A stretch of 61,439 nt of DNA, filler included, from Hausera hauseri (lineage: Eukaryota), in the NCBI GenBank assembly GCA_046269625.1. It is 10 parts of 10 records of this genome, joined end to end, with 100 filler letters (N's around TTAATTAATTAA, not from the genome) between each part and the next. Parts side by side here need not be neighbours in the genome. Positions count along the whole stretch, not along the records: positions 13,404 to 24,271 come from JBJURY010146645.1; positions 24,372 to 31,067 come from JBJURY010074326.1; positions 31,168 to 36,751 come from JBJURY010225853.1; 7 more parts are not named here. One strand, written 5' to 3'. The notes beneath the pieces were generated by a model. The model worked only from the letters and a program-made list of their open reading frames with translations. It was not told the origin of the DNA and ran no database searches. A program made the translations under genes and the position numbers. Shown piece after piece: positions 23,958 to 36,851 of this stretch (the stretch's first letter is position 1; every line of letters begins with the position of its first letter).

Positions 23958-24271
23958 ATGGCAGCAGATAACCCAGCGGTAGCTCAGAAACTCGATATAT
24001 TCACGTTCGACTCGCTAAACTTACCTGCATACGACGGAGATCCGGATGGATTAAATGACTTTTTAAGGACGTACAAATTGCACGCAGAAGGTGCCGGCCT
24101 TGCAGCCGAAGTTATGATAAAACGATTATCATTATATCTGAAAAATTTAGCTGCAGATGCATATAGTGAATTAACTAACGACGAGAAGAAATCGTGGTCC
24201 TCTGTAGTAGGAGCCCTGAATCGTAAATTATTACCGACAGTTACGCCACAACAGAAGCTGATGGCTTTTCA
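23958..24271 (+). CDS. gag: Ty3/gypsy Gag (capsid N-terminal part), 3'-truncated
   Basis: LPAYDGDPDGLNDFLRTY..LSLYLKNLAADAYSEL..SWSSVVGALNRKL, downstream of the PBS. Confidence 0.85.
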
Positions 24272-24371
24272 NNNNNNNNNNNNNNNNNNNNNNNNNNNNN
24301 NNNNNNNNNNNNNNNTTAATTAATTAANNNNNNNNNNNNNNNNNNNNNNNNNNNNNNNNNNNNNNNNNNNN

Positions 24372-27300
24372 TCGGTGTTGTTGACTTTCGTGTAGTGGCA
24401 TTTCATGGTGTGGTCTTTCATAATTTTGTCTTTCATGGTGTGGTCTTTCATGACGTGGTCTTCAATCATGTGAACTGCCATGTTGTCTTCTTCGATGGGG
24501 TGGTCTTTTATGGTGTGTTCTTCCATGCTGTGGTCTTTCATGGTGTGGTCTTTCATAGTGTGGTCTTCCATGGTGTGGGATATATTGTTGTGATATTCGA
24601 TGGCGTAGTTTTTCATTGTTTGGTCTTTCATTGTGTGGTTTTCCATGTTGTGGTCTTCCATGGTGTGGCCTTTCATTGTGTGGTCTTTCATAGTGTGGTC
24701 TTCCATGGTGTGGGATATATTATTGTGATATTCGATGGCGTAGTCTTTCATTGTTTGGTCTTTCATTGTGTGGTCTTCCATGTTGTGGTCTTCCAAGGTG
24801 TGGCCTTCCATGGTGTGGTCTTTCGTGGTGTGGTCTTTCATGGTATGATCTTCCATGGCGTGTTCTTTCTTGTATTCGTCTTCCACGGTGTGGCTTTCCA
24901 TGGTGTGGTTTTTTATTGTGTGGTCTTTCATGGTGTGGTCTTCCTTGGTGTGGTCTTCCATGGTGTGGTGTCCTTGCTGTGGTCTTTCATGGTGTGGTCT
25001 TGTATGGTGTGGTCTTCAATGGCGTTGTCTTCCATGGTGTGGCCTTCCAAGTTGTGGTCTTTCGTGGTGTCGTCTTTCATGGTATAATCTTTTATTGCGT
25101 GGTCTTCCTTGTCGTCGTCTTCCACGGTGTGGCCTTTCATGGTGTGGTCTTTTATAGTGTGGTCTTTCATGGTGTGGTCTTCCTTGGCGTGGTCTTTCAT
25201 GGTGTGCTTTTCTTGCTGTGGTCTTTCATGGTGTGGTCTTCCATGGTGTGGTCTTCCATGGCGTTGTTTTCCATGGTGTGGTCTTCCATGGTGTGGTCTT
25301 TCGTGGTGTGGTCTTTCCTGGTATGATCTTCCATGGCTAGGTCTTCCTTGTCGTGGTCTTCCACAATGTGGTCTTGCATGGTGTGGCCTTCCTTGGTGTG
25401 GTCTTCCATGGTGTGGTTTTCTTGCTGTGGTCTTTCATGGTGTGGTCTTCCATGGTGTGGTCTTCCATGGCGTTGTCTTTCATGGTGTGGTCTTTCATGG
25501 TGTGGTTTTCGTGCTGTGGTCTCTCATGGTGTGGTTTACCATGGTGTGGTCTTTTATGGTATGGTATTCCATGGTGTGGTATTCCTTGTCGTTGTCTTCC
25601 ATGGTATGGTCTTCGATGTCGTGGTGTTCCATGGTGTGGCCTTCCATGTCGTGGTCTTACATGGTGTGTTCTTTCATGGTGTGGTCTATCCTGGTGTGGT
25701 CTTTCTTGTTGTCATCTTCCTTGTCGTTGTCTTCCATGGTATGGTCTTCCATGTCGTGGTGTTCCATGGTGTGGGTTTTCATGTCGTGGTCTTACATGGT
25801 GTGGTCTGTCATGGCGTGGTCTGTCATGGCGTGGTCTTCAGTCGTCTGAACTGCCATGTTGTGGTCTTCGATGGCGTGGTCTTTCATGGTGTGTTCTTCC
25901 ATGCTGTGGTCTTTCATGGTGTAATATTTTATAGTGTGGTCTTCCATGGTGTGGGATTCCATATTGTGGTCTTCCATGGTGTGGCCTTTCATGGTGTGGT
26001 CTTTTATGGTGTGGTCTTCCATGCTTTGGTCGTATATGGTGTGGTCTTTCATTATGTTGTCTTCTATGGTGTGGTCTTCCATGGTATGGTCTTTCATGGT
26101 GTGGTCTTCTTTGGTATGGTCTTACATATTATGGTCTTCCACAATGTAGGCTATCATGGTGAGGTCTTCCATGGTTTGGTCTTCCGTGGTGTGGTTTTTC
26201 ATCGTGTGGTCTTTCATTGTGTGGTCTTCCATGGTGTGGTTTTCTATGGTGTGGTCTATCATGGTGTTGTCTTTCATGGTATGGTCTTCCATGGTATCGT
26301 CTTCTGTGTCGTGGTCTTCCACAATGTAGTCTTCCATGGTGTGGCCTTCCATGGTGTGGTCTTTCGTGGTGTGGTCTTTCATGGTATGATCTTCCACGGT
26401 GTGGTCTTCCTTGTCGTTGTCTTCCACGGTGTGGCCTTCCATGGTGTGGTCTTTTATTGTGTGGTCTTTCGTGGTGTGGTCTTCCTTGGTGTGGTCTTCC
26501 ATGGTGTGGTTTTCTTGCTGTGGTCTTTCATGGTGTGGTCTGCCATGGTGTGGTCTTCCATGGCGATGTCTTCCATGGTGTGGTCTTCCATGGTGTGGTT
26601 TTCGTGCTGTGGTCTCTCATGGTGTGGTTTGCCATGGTGTGGTCTTTTATGGTATGGTATTCCATGGTGTGGTATGCATTGTCGTTGTCTTCCATGGTAT
26701 GGTCCTCCATGTCTTGGTCTTCCATGGTGTGGCCTTCCATGTCGTGTTCTTACATGGTGTGGTCTTTCATGGCGTTGTCTTTATTTGTGTGGTCTTCCAT
26801 GGTGTGTTCTTTCATGGTGTGGTCTTTCATGTTGTGGTCTTTTATTGTGTGGTCTTCCATGTTGTGGTCTTCCATGTCGTGGTCTTCGAAGGTGTGGTTT
26901 TTGATGTTGTGTCCTTTCATGGTGTGGTCTTTCGTGGTGTTGTCTTCCATGCTGTGGTCTCTTATGGTGTGGTCCTTCATCGTGTGGTCTTCCATGTTGT
27001 GGTCTTCGGTGTTGTTGACTTTCGTGTAGTGGCATTTCATGGTGTGGTCTTTCATNNNNNNNNNNNNNNNNNNNNNNNNNNNNNNNNNNNNNNNNNNNNN
27101 NNNNNNNNNNNNNNNNNNNNNNNNNNNNNNNNNNNNNNNNNNNNNNNNNNNNNNNAATTTTGTCTTTCATGGTGTGGTCTTTTATAGCGCGGTCTTCAAT
27201 TATGTGAACTGCCATGTTGTCTTCTTCAATGGGGTGGTCTTTCATGGTGTGCTCTTCCATGCTGTGGTCTTTCATGGTGTGGTCTTTCATAGTGTGGTCT

Positions 27301-30300
27301 TCCATGGTGTGGGATTCCTTGTTGTAATATTCGGTGGCGTAGTCTTTCATTGTTTGGTCTTTTATTGTGTGTTCTTCCATGTTGTGGTCTTAGATGGTGT
27401 GGCCTTTCATGGTGTGGTCTTTCATGGTGTGGTCTTCCATGCTTTGGTCTTATATGGTGTGGTCTTTCATTATGTTGTCTTCCATGGTGTGGTCTTCCAT
27501 GGTATAGTCTTTTATGGTGTGGTCTTCCATGGTATGGTCTTACATATTATGGTCTTCCATGGTGTGATCTATCATGGTGAGGTCTTCCATGGTTTGGTCT
27601 TCCATGGTGTGGGCTTCCATTTTGTGGTCGTCCGTGGTGTGGTCTTTCATCGTGTGGTCTTTCACTGTGTGGTCTTCCATGGTGTGTTCTTTCATAGTGT
27701 GGACTTCCATGGTGCGGTTTTCAATGCCGTGGTCTTCCATGGTATGGTATTTTATGGTGTGGTCTTTTATGGTATGGTCTTACATGGTATTGTCTTCCTT
27801 GTCGTGGTCTTCCATGATGTGATCTTTCATGGTGTGGTCTTCTATGGTGTAATCTTTCTTGGTGTTGCCTTCCTTGTCGTGGTCTTCCATAGTGCGGTCT
27901 TCCTTGTCGTGGTCTATCATGGTGTTGTCTACCATGGTGTGGTCTTCCATTGTGTGGTCTTTCATGTTGTGTTCTTTCATGGTGTGGTCTTCCATGCTGT
28001 GGTCTTCCATCGTGTAATCTTTCATGGTGTTGCCTTCCTTTTTGTGGTCTTCCATGGTGTGGTCTTCCTTGTCGTGGTCTTTCATGGTGTGGTCTATCAT
28101 GGTGTGATCTTCCATGGTGTGGTCTTTCATTTTGTGTTATTTCATGATGTGGTCTTCCATGGTGTTGTCTTTTGTAATGAAATCTTTTATGGCGTTGTCT
28201 TCCTTGTCGTGGTCTTCCATGGTGTGGACTTCCTTGAAGTGGTCGTTCATGGTGTGGTCTTCCATGGTGTGGTCTTCCATGCCGTGGTCTTCCATGGTAT
28301 GGTCTTTCACGGTGTGGTCCTTCATGGTATGGTCTTACGTGGTATGGTCTTCCTTGTCGTGGTGTTCCATGGTGTGGTCTTTCATGGTGTGGTCTTTCAT
28401 TGTGTGGTCTTCATTGGTGTGGTCTTTCATGATGTGGTCTTCCATGCCGTAGACTTCCATGGAATGGTCTTTCATGGTGTGGTCTTTCATGGTATGGTTC
28501 TACATGGTATGGTCTTCCTTGGTGTGGTCTTCCATGGTGTGGTCTTCCATGGTGTAAACTTTCATGGTGTTGCCTTCCAAGTCGTGGTCTTTTATGGTGT
28601 GGTCTTTCATGGTTTGGTCTTTCATTGTATGGTTTCCCTTGGTGTGGTCTTCCATGGTGTAGTCTTCCATGGTGTAATCTTTATTGGTGTTGCCTTCCTT
28701 GTCGTCGTCTTCCATGGTGTGGCCTTCCATGCCCTAGTCTTCCATGGTATGGTCTTTCATATTGTGGTCTTTCATGGTATGGTCTTACATGGTATGGTTT
28801 TCCTTGTCGTGGTCTTCCATGGTGTGGCCTTTCATGGCGTTGTCTTTCATTGTGTGTTCTTCCATGGTGTCATCTTCCATGGTGTGCTTTTATTGGTGGG
28901 GTCTTTTATGGTATGGTATTACACGGTGTGGTCTTCCTTGTCGTTGTCTTCCATGGTGTGGCCTTCTATGGTGTAGTCTTTTTTTGTGCGGTATTCATTG
29001 ATGTGGTCTTCCTTGTCGTTGTCTTCCATGTTCTGGTTCTCCATGTATTCGTCTTCCATGGTGTGGCCTTCCATGTCGTGTTCTTACATGGTGTGGTCTT
29101 TCATGGCGTGGTCTTTATTTGTGTGGTCTTCCATGGTGTGTTCTTGCATGGTGTGGTCTTTCATGGTGTGGTCTTTCATGCTGTGGTCTTCCATGGTGTG
29201 GTATTCTATGGTCTGGTCTTCCATGTCGTGGTCTTCTAAGGTGTGGTTTTTGATGTTGTGTCCTTTCATGGTGTGGTCTTCCATGGTGTAATCTTTTATA
29301 ATGTTGCCTTTTTTGTCGTGGTCTTCCATGGTGTGGTCTTTCATGGTTTGTTCTTTCATTGTATGGTCTTCCTTGGTGTTGTCTTCCATGGTGTGCTCTT
29401 CCATGGTGTAATCTTTATTAATGTTGCCTTCCTTGTCGTGGTCGCCCATGGTGTGGCCTTCCATGCCCTGGTCTTCCATGGTGTGGACTTTCATGGCGTG
29501 GTTTTTCATTGTGTGGTCTTCCTTGGTGTGGTCTTCCATGGTGTGGCTTTTCATGGCGTGGTCTTTCATGGTGTGGTCTTCCATGGTGTGGTTTTTTATG
29601 CCGTGGTCTTCCTTGGTGTGGTCTTCCATGATGTGGTCTTCCATGGTGTAATCTTTATTGGTGTTGCCTTCCTTGTCGTGGTCTTCCATGGTGTGGACTT
29701 CCGTGCCCTGGTCTTCCATGGTCTGGTCTTTCATGGTGTGGTCTTTCATGGCATGGTCTTACATGGTATGGTCTTCCTTGGTGTGGTCTGCCATGGTGTG
29801 GTCTTTCAAGGTATGGTCTTACATGGTATGATCTTCCTTGTCGTGATCTTCCATGGTGTGGCCTTTCATGGCGTGTTCTTTCATTGTATGGTCTTCCTTG
29901 GTGTGGTCTTTTATGGTATGGCCTTTCATGGCGTGGTCTTTCATTGTGTGGTCTTCCATGGTGTGATCTTCCATGGTGTGGTTTTCATGCTGTGGTCTTT
30001 CATGGTGTGGTTTTCCTTGGTGGGGTCTTTTATGGTATTGTATTGCATGGTGTGGTCTTTCTTGTCGTTGTCTTGCTACGTGTGGACTTTTATAATGTAG
30101 TCTTTTATTGTGTGGTCTTACATGGAGTGGTCTCTCATGGTGTGGTATTTCATGATATGGTCTTCCATGGTATGGTCTTCCTTGTCGTGGTCTTCCATGG
30201 TGTGGTCTTCCATGGTGTGGCCTTTCATGTCATGGTCTTACATGATGTGATGTTTCATGGTGTGGTCTTCCATGGTGTGGTCTTTCATGTTTTGTTCTTT

Positions 30301-31067
30301 CATGGTGTGGTCTTCCATGGTGTGGTCTTCCATCGTGTAATCTTTCATGGTCTTGCCTTCCTTTTCGTGGTCTTCCATGGTGCGGTCTTCCTTGTCGTGG
30401 TCTTTCATGTTGTGGTCTATCATGGTGTTATCTTCCATGGTGTGGTCTTTCATGTTGTGTTATGTAATGGTGTGGTCTTCCATGGTGTAGTCTTTTGTAA
30501 TGTAATCTTTTATGGTGTTTTCTTCCTTGTCGTGGTCTTCCATAGTGTGGTCTTCCTTGAGGTGGTCGTTCATCGTGTGGTCTTCCATGGTGTGGTCTTC
30601 CATGCCGTGGTCTTCCATGGTATGGTCTTTCATGGTGTGGTCCTTCATGGTATGGTCTTACATGGTATGGTCTTCCTTGTCATGGTGTTCCATGATGTGG
30701 TCTTTCATGGTGTGGTCTTTCATTCTGTGGTCTTCCTTGGTGTGGTCTTCCATGGTGTGGTTTTCATGCTGTGGCCTTTCATGGTGTGGTTTTCCTTGGC
30801 GGGGTCTTTTATAATATGGTATTGCTTTGTGTGGTCTTTCTTGTCGTTGTCTTGCATGGTGTGGCCTTCCATGGTGTGGTCTTACATTGTGTGGTATTCC
30901 GTGATGTGGTCTTCCTTGTCGTTGTCTTCCATGTTCTGGTCCTCCATGTCTTCGTCTTCCATGGTTTGGCCTTCCATGTCGTGTTCTTATATGGTGTGGT
31001 CTTTCATGGCGTGGTCTTTATTTGTGTGGTCTTCCATGGTGTGTTCTTGCATGGTGTGGTCTTTCAT
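24372..31067. repeat. 15-bp tandem repeat array, consensus CATGGTGTGGTCTT(C/T)
   Basis: Fills the whole contig. Reads (HGVVF)n on + and (MEDHT/MKDHT)n on -. Confidence 0.98.
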
Positions 31068-31272
31068 NNNNNNNNNNNNNNNNNNNNNNNNNNNNNNNNN
31101 NNNNNNNNNNNTTAATTAATTAANNNNNNNNNNNNNNNNNNNNNNNNNNNNNNNNNNNNNNNNNNNNGCTGATAAATCCAGGCCCGTGTCACCAGATAAA
31201 CACTTGCCAGTATTCCAGCCCATATTTAGTGTGGGATTTCTGTGAAACCGCTAACGCGTGTCGCCTCCGCAG

Positions 31273-32115
31273 ACATCGATCAGCTGATCACCATCAGCGG
31301 CATGGTGATCCGCACCTCGCAGCTCATCCCTGAGATGCAGGAGGCGTTCTTCCAGTGCCAGGTGTGCGCCTTCAGCACCCGCGTGGAGGTGGATCGCGGC
31401 CGCATCGCCGAGCCGGCCGTGTGTCGCCACTGCAACACCACCCACGGCCTGGCGCTCATTCACAACCGCTCGCTGTTCTCCGACAAGCAGATGGTGAGGG
31501 TTCGCTCGGGGTCGCTGCCGGGGCAGATTGCTCATCGCCGCCGCCGCCTGATCTCAGGACGTGTCGGGTGGTGATTAGCGAGGTGTTGCGGCCGAGGTCA
31601 TGACATCTTTTGATGTTTCTTCGCGGCAGATCAAGATTCAGGAGTCCCCTGAAGACATGCCAGCCGGCCAGACGCCCCACACGACCATTGTGTACGCTCA
31701 CAACGACCTGGTGGATAAAGTGCAGCCGGGAGACAGAGTGAACATCACCGGTAATAAATCTCTCTTCATTTCTGCAGCACTTCATCGGACATATATTCCT
31801 TATCTTTGATTTGTTAGCTATGACTTTAACACTCTATGATTTTGTCTATGTCCAGGTATCTACAGGGCCGTCCCGATGCGCGTCAACCCACGTCAGAGCA
31901 ACGTGAAGTCCGTTTACAAGACCCACATCGACGCCATCCACTTCCGCAAGACGGAGGAAAAGCGCCTGCACGGTTTGGACGAAGAGGCAGAGCAGAAACT
32001 CTTCACCGAGGACCGCGTGCAGACCCTGAAGGAGCTGGCGGCAAAACCCGACGTTTACGAGCGCCTCTCCTCTGCCCTGGCGCCGAGCATCTACGAACAC
32101 GAGGACATCAAGAAA
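31273..32115 (+). CDS. mcm4: DNA replication licensing factor MCM4, three internal exons (31273-31493, 31630-31750, 31856-32115)
   Basis: [37 protein letters not shown]|[21 protein letters not shown]|[16 protein letters not shown] with GT-AG boundaries that keep frame. Vertebrate-like protein with short introns, suggesting a teleost. Confidence 0.96.
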
Positions 32116-32374
32116 GTGGGTGTTGGGATGGAAATAGAGGGAGAAACTTGAGTTTGTATTCAAATTAAAACACATTGTCTTTCATAAGATTTGTCATTGC
32201 GTCCCGTCTGTTTCAAACTTTCAGTTTCTCTTTCCAATATAGTGTTTTATATAAACCATGCCATGGTGTAGGGCGCATTTTTGTGACTTTAACGGTGTCT
32301 TTCATCTTTGATGGAATTTGATATTTTTTAATGGAAAGAGTAACACTAGTCAGTTATACAGTATTGTATAACTA

Positions 32375-32580
32375 TACGTCGTCTTGGTCTTCCCTTGCCT
32401 CTTGCAATACCTTCCAATACTAGTTTCTCCAGGCTATCGTGACGTTTAACGTGGCCAAAATATTTCAGTTTTCGAGACATGATACTGTTGATGAGCCAGT
32501 TGTTCGTGATGTTCAGTTCCTGGAGTATATCTTTGTTTGTTCTCTTTTTAGTCCATGATATACTTTGGACTTTTCTGTAC
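32375..32580 (-). mobile_element. RTE-type LINE ORF C-terminal remnant
   Basis: RKLKYFGHVKRHDSLEKLVLEGIARGKGRPRRR. Confidence 0.75.
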
Positions 32581-33435
32581 TTTCTGGATAACCCTTGTAT
32601 ATTACCTTTAATAATTTAATAATATTTTTAATATTTACAATAAAATATAAAAATAATAACAGTTAGGTAAAAATGTACATTTGCGGAGGCAGATTAGGCT
32701 TTAAAAGTATCAAAGATACATAAATAAAAAAAGGTGAAAACACACATATGGAATCAAACAAATCATAAATGGTTATCTTAAAATCAAGATCCAGAGCACC
32801 GCTTGCTTACCTTTGACTCTGGATATTTAGTGTCCATTGAAAGCTTAACGGCGTCTTCTTGTTGTGCTACAGGCTTTGCATTTCTGTTGCCATGACGACA
32901 AAAGTGTAGACAATTTACTCGTGACGTAAAGTGTTTCAGTGTAAATTTGTTCTCGTCCCTTTAAGGCTGGGGTCCCAGATGTGGGCTGAATACTTTGAGA
33001 GCTTAGACTAAACTGTTGTGACAAGTAATCAACTGTTTGTTGAACATTTATCAGATCAGCATTAATTCTGTTTAAATAGTTATTGGCAAAAGTCGCTACT
33101 TCAACAATATAACTGTCTTGAACGTATTGTGGAGAAGCCATATACGCTATCATGGATGAGTCTAATCCTTGAAGTATGTTGTTGTATTTTATCAATTCCG
33201 TGTACACATTTTCAATGCTTGTCTGCGACTAGAAAGAAAAAGACTGATAAAAGAATAAAGAAATCATTCATACGAAATAAATGTTAAGTAGGGAGATAAA
33301 CAAACAGTGTCTATTGCTTACATTTATAAGAAGTTTATTCTTTGTAGGGAGATAAACAGTGTCTATTGCTTTCATTTATAAGACGTTTATACTTGTAATA
33401 TAAACTCAATTACATAATTTCACAGCAAGTATTTG

Positions 33436-33836
33436 TTTTTTTTTATTAGTTTAATTTAGTTTAGTTTTGTTGAAGGGTTTACATCATCGCACACGGATAT
33501 GTATCCATAAGTCCTCCGGTTGTCTCTATTTTCGAGGATCTCAACTCAGTGTGCTTACTCAGCTGCACAAGCGAGGACCCTGTAGGTTGTGTAGAATTTT
33601 CCTAGCCTTTATCCCGGACAGCGGCCGTTAGGCCTACTCTTTTTTGATTTCCAACTGCCAAGGATTTTTAACGTTCGCGACAATGTACACGGACGTCCGA
33701 TCTCACTACCCAGAGATCAGGGGAATTTCTTTACTAGAAGATCCAGGAGAATTAATCCCAAGTGCTTCCACCGGGATTCGAACCCCATACCTCTAGCACT
33801 CGAGGCGAACGTCGAAGCTCAATACAACTGAGCCCC
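33436..33836 (-). mobile_element. tRNA-derived SINE
   Basis: Minus strand starts GGGGCTCAGTTG with B-box GGTTCGAATCC (33774-33784) and ends in an (AAACT)n/A-rich tail near 33436-33468. Confidence 0.7.
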
Positions 33837-34577
33837 CTAAAGTTTGAAATTGAAACAAAAGAAGCAGACCGACAAAACAGAAGAAGGAAGACACAATAAA
33901 TAAAGACTGATAAAAAAGAATAATGATACAGTATATGGAGGCTGAAATACGGAAAGAATAATCATAAAACAAACTTGCATAACAGAAGATAAATGGTGCA
34001 AAAGAAGAAGAAAACCGACACTGCCGGAGGGAAGACAGAAATACAAAACGTAAATAACGCGTGGGTTAAAGGTTAAGAAACTTAAAACCAACAGTAGGCA
34101 CCAGTGATTTTTTTTTTAAGTGAACATCGTAGAAATAAAACTGAATCAGAATAAAATAAAAATATATTCAAGCTAGGAAACTTACCACATTCTGGGCATC
34201 TGAGAAACAAGGCTCTTTCATTAACAAGGCTGTTAAAGTTTCTCTGAAATGCAGGAAAAATAATGACTTGTGCCTTCATGTTTTGCAATATTTATAATGC
34301 TCACTAAAATATTTCAGATCGAATGTTATCAATAAATTGGAGTCATTATGTTTTAAAGGAAAAACATCGCAGCATTCGGGACAACCGGATATTTTTGTTC
34401 CTCTCCCCATTCCATCAGCCACAGAACAGCTTTCCTGTTAACCGCCCCTACAATTCTTTGATGTTGGGTCTTAATAATCTCGTCTTAGAACATCCATATA
34501 AAAAATACATATCAGCGTTACATGAATATTATATCTCAGTCCTAGTTTATTAACCTAAACGATTGCTTAGATTGTCT

Positions 34578-34720
34578 ATATGTGTGTTTGTGTGCGTGTG
34601 CTCGCTGGAGTTTACCTGTGTGGGTGTGCACGCAAAAATGTATACATGTATGTGTGTGGGTGTGCGCGTGTGCCTGTGTGGGATGAGCGCTCATGCATGT
34701 ATACGTGTATGTGTGTTCTT
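34578..34720. repeat. Degenerate (TG)n microsatellite (second one at 35110-35245)
   Basis: Directly visible. Confidence 0.9.
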
Positions 34721-36139
34721 GTCTGAACATGTAGTTTCCTCTATACATTATACTAGGCCAGATGTGTTCGTTGACCCCAATAGGAGACAATTTTATACTA
34801 TGCTTCAATCAACGAAGTGAGAAAATAAGACGCCAAACAGTATCACCTGTCTATGCTGCTTTTATATTTTGATTAAATAGTTAACGAATTATTGTATTTT
34901 TTTCGAAGTCAGTAATTTTACGTAACACCGTATAGTAAACATTAGTTTATGTTATAAAACAATGACACACCTGACATTTTTTATTTCCAAATTTAAACAC
35001 CATAATATAAATTGCAGATGCAAATAAGGAACATTGTTGTATGTGCCTTTCCGCGCATTCAATTAGCAATGCTAATGTAATATAAAAATAATTCGCAAAA
35101 GTGAAGATGAGTGTGTGTGTGGTGTGTGTGTGGGTGTATGTGTATGAGTGTGTTTGTTTGTGTGGGTGTCTGTATATGTGTGTGTGTATCTGTATTTGTG
35201 TGCGTTTGTATGTGTTTGTTTGTGTATGTGTGTTGTGTGTGCTTGCGCTATTACAGCGTCATATTACGTAAGTCTAATCCGAGGACAAATTTTATAACAC
35301 TCACCACCAAGAGGAGAAGATTTCTGTTTGACGAAGCTGACACTGTGATGTAGGTGCACACATTTTGCCTCACACTAAGATCTTGCTGGCACAGTTCACT
35401 CGAAAGCACTAAAGATCTTGTGGCTATCACAGCCAGAGAGGCCATCACTGAAACATTATATAGAGCAATTATTATCTAATATGTTAACGCAGAAACGCGG
35501 GTATAATGTTAGTTTCGTTAACTTGTTATAGTTTTGATATTTTTGTTTTATTATTATCATAATCATGTAGTTTGTTTTTTAGACCAGTAGGTATGACATC
35601 ATAGTAGGCCTAGGTCTACTTTCTCATATTGTGAATTGTTCATTTTATAGTTTCAGTATTTTATCACTTCATCTTTGTTTTAACGTAAATGTAAATATTA
35701 GTTTTTTGTTTTCTGTGTCAGATACTAGTTCCGGTACACCAAACACAAATGTGCTGTGTGAGAGACGATCCATGGCCGACCATGATACACAGTGCCAAGG
35801 CTGACGAATCATAGTCAAATAAGATCCTCTGCTCATGTCCTCATCGCCGTCCTCGGATAAGATACGATCTTGATTTAACCAGGGTTGATATATAGGCAGT
35901 ATTGCGTGTTTACATTTCTGTCCTGGTGGGGAAATTTAGTCTTTTTGAGGCCTTTGCTACCAAGGTATCAACATGTAATCTGTAAGTAATCTAATTTTAG
36001 TTGGAAATCTTTCATGGCTATCTGATTGCTGCAGGTGAAATATGTGTACACTGTTTTGCTTGAATTAATTATCAGTTTCCAGAGACTGCAATAGGTTGTT
36101 AGTGCAGCTAGGGCTTGATGTAGTTTTTTTTATGGAATT

Positions 36140-36525
36140 TGAGAGGTAATTTTTCTTCTGCCCACGTCTGCAAATAAGGCATTGAGCACATACTTATAGC
36201 TTGCCAGGTCGTTGATATAGATGAGGAAAAGGGTGCAGCTTAGGCTCGCGCCGCAAAGAATACCTTCTGTGATCGATGTTGTTCCATTGTATGTCGTACA
36301 AATGTTTCGATTCGTTAAAAAATCTTTGATCCATTTGTGCTGTCTTCCTTTCACTCATATCTTCTACGTCTTGTAGAAGAGGCTGTCTCCACACCGTGCC
36401 GTATCCCTGTTTGAGATCTGCAAACTCTGCTGCAAAATGACTTTTCTTTTGAAAAACATCAGTGATATTTTGTACCAGACGGATCAGCCGGTCAGTGGTC
36501 TGCTTTCCTATTCTAAAACCCGATG
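36140..36525 (-). mobile_element. Non-LTR retrotransposon RT remnant
   Basis: GFRIGKQTTD, FADLKQGYGTVWR, WIKDFLTNR, GASLSCTLFLIYINDL, LFADV. Confidence 0.85.
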
Positions 36526-36677
36526 TTTTTTTATAAATGCCAAATCAAGCAAGTCTTTCTTGCTAAAGTAAAAACAAATGTTTGCAAAATGGAAATTATA
36601 ATATCTTGAATGTAATAATGTATGCCAGCAACTCAATCAAAATAAAACTTCTGAGAACATGTATTTTCCTTGTGGCG

Positions 36678-36751
36678 ACCTATGGAAGTGAATCATAGAC
36701 TATCACACAAGCAATAACGAAAAAGATAAATGCATTTGAATTAAAGTGCTA
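36678..36751 (+). mobile_element. RTE-type LINE fragment
   Basis: YGSES*TITQAITKKINAFELKC. Confidence 0.6.
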
Positions 36752-36851
36752 NNNNNNNNNNNNNNNNNNNNNNNNNNNNNNNNNNNNNNNNNNNNTTAAT
36801 TAATTAANNNNNNNNNNNNNNNNNNNNNNNNNNNNNNNNNNNNNNNNNNNN

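Noticed and set aside
24372-31067. Dozens of overlapping ORFs (CGLPW, MVWSS, KTTPW frames)
   Set aside because: By-products of a stop-poor 15-bp unit; not called as genes.
32811-33229. Possible host exon (120-aa minus-strand ORF with splice-like ends)
   Set aside because: No recognisable family, and there is an in-frame stop before the donor.
33770-33836. tRNA gene
   Set aside because: B-box present but no complete cloverleaf; continues into a body and simple-repeat tail typical of a SINE.
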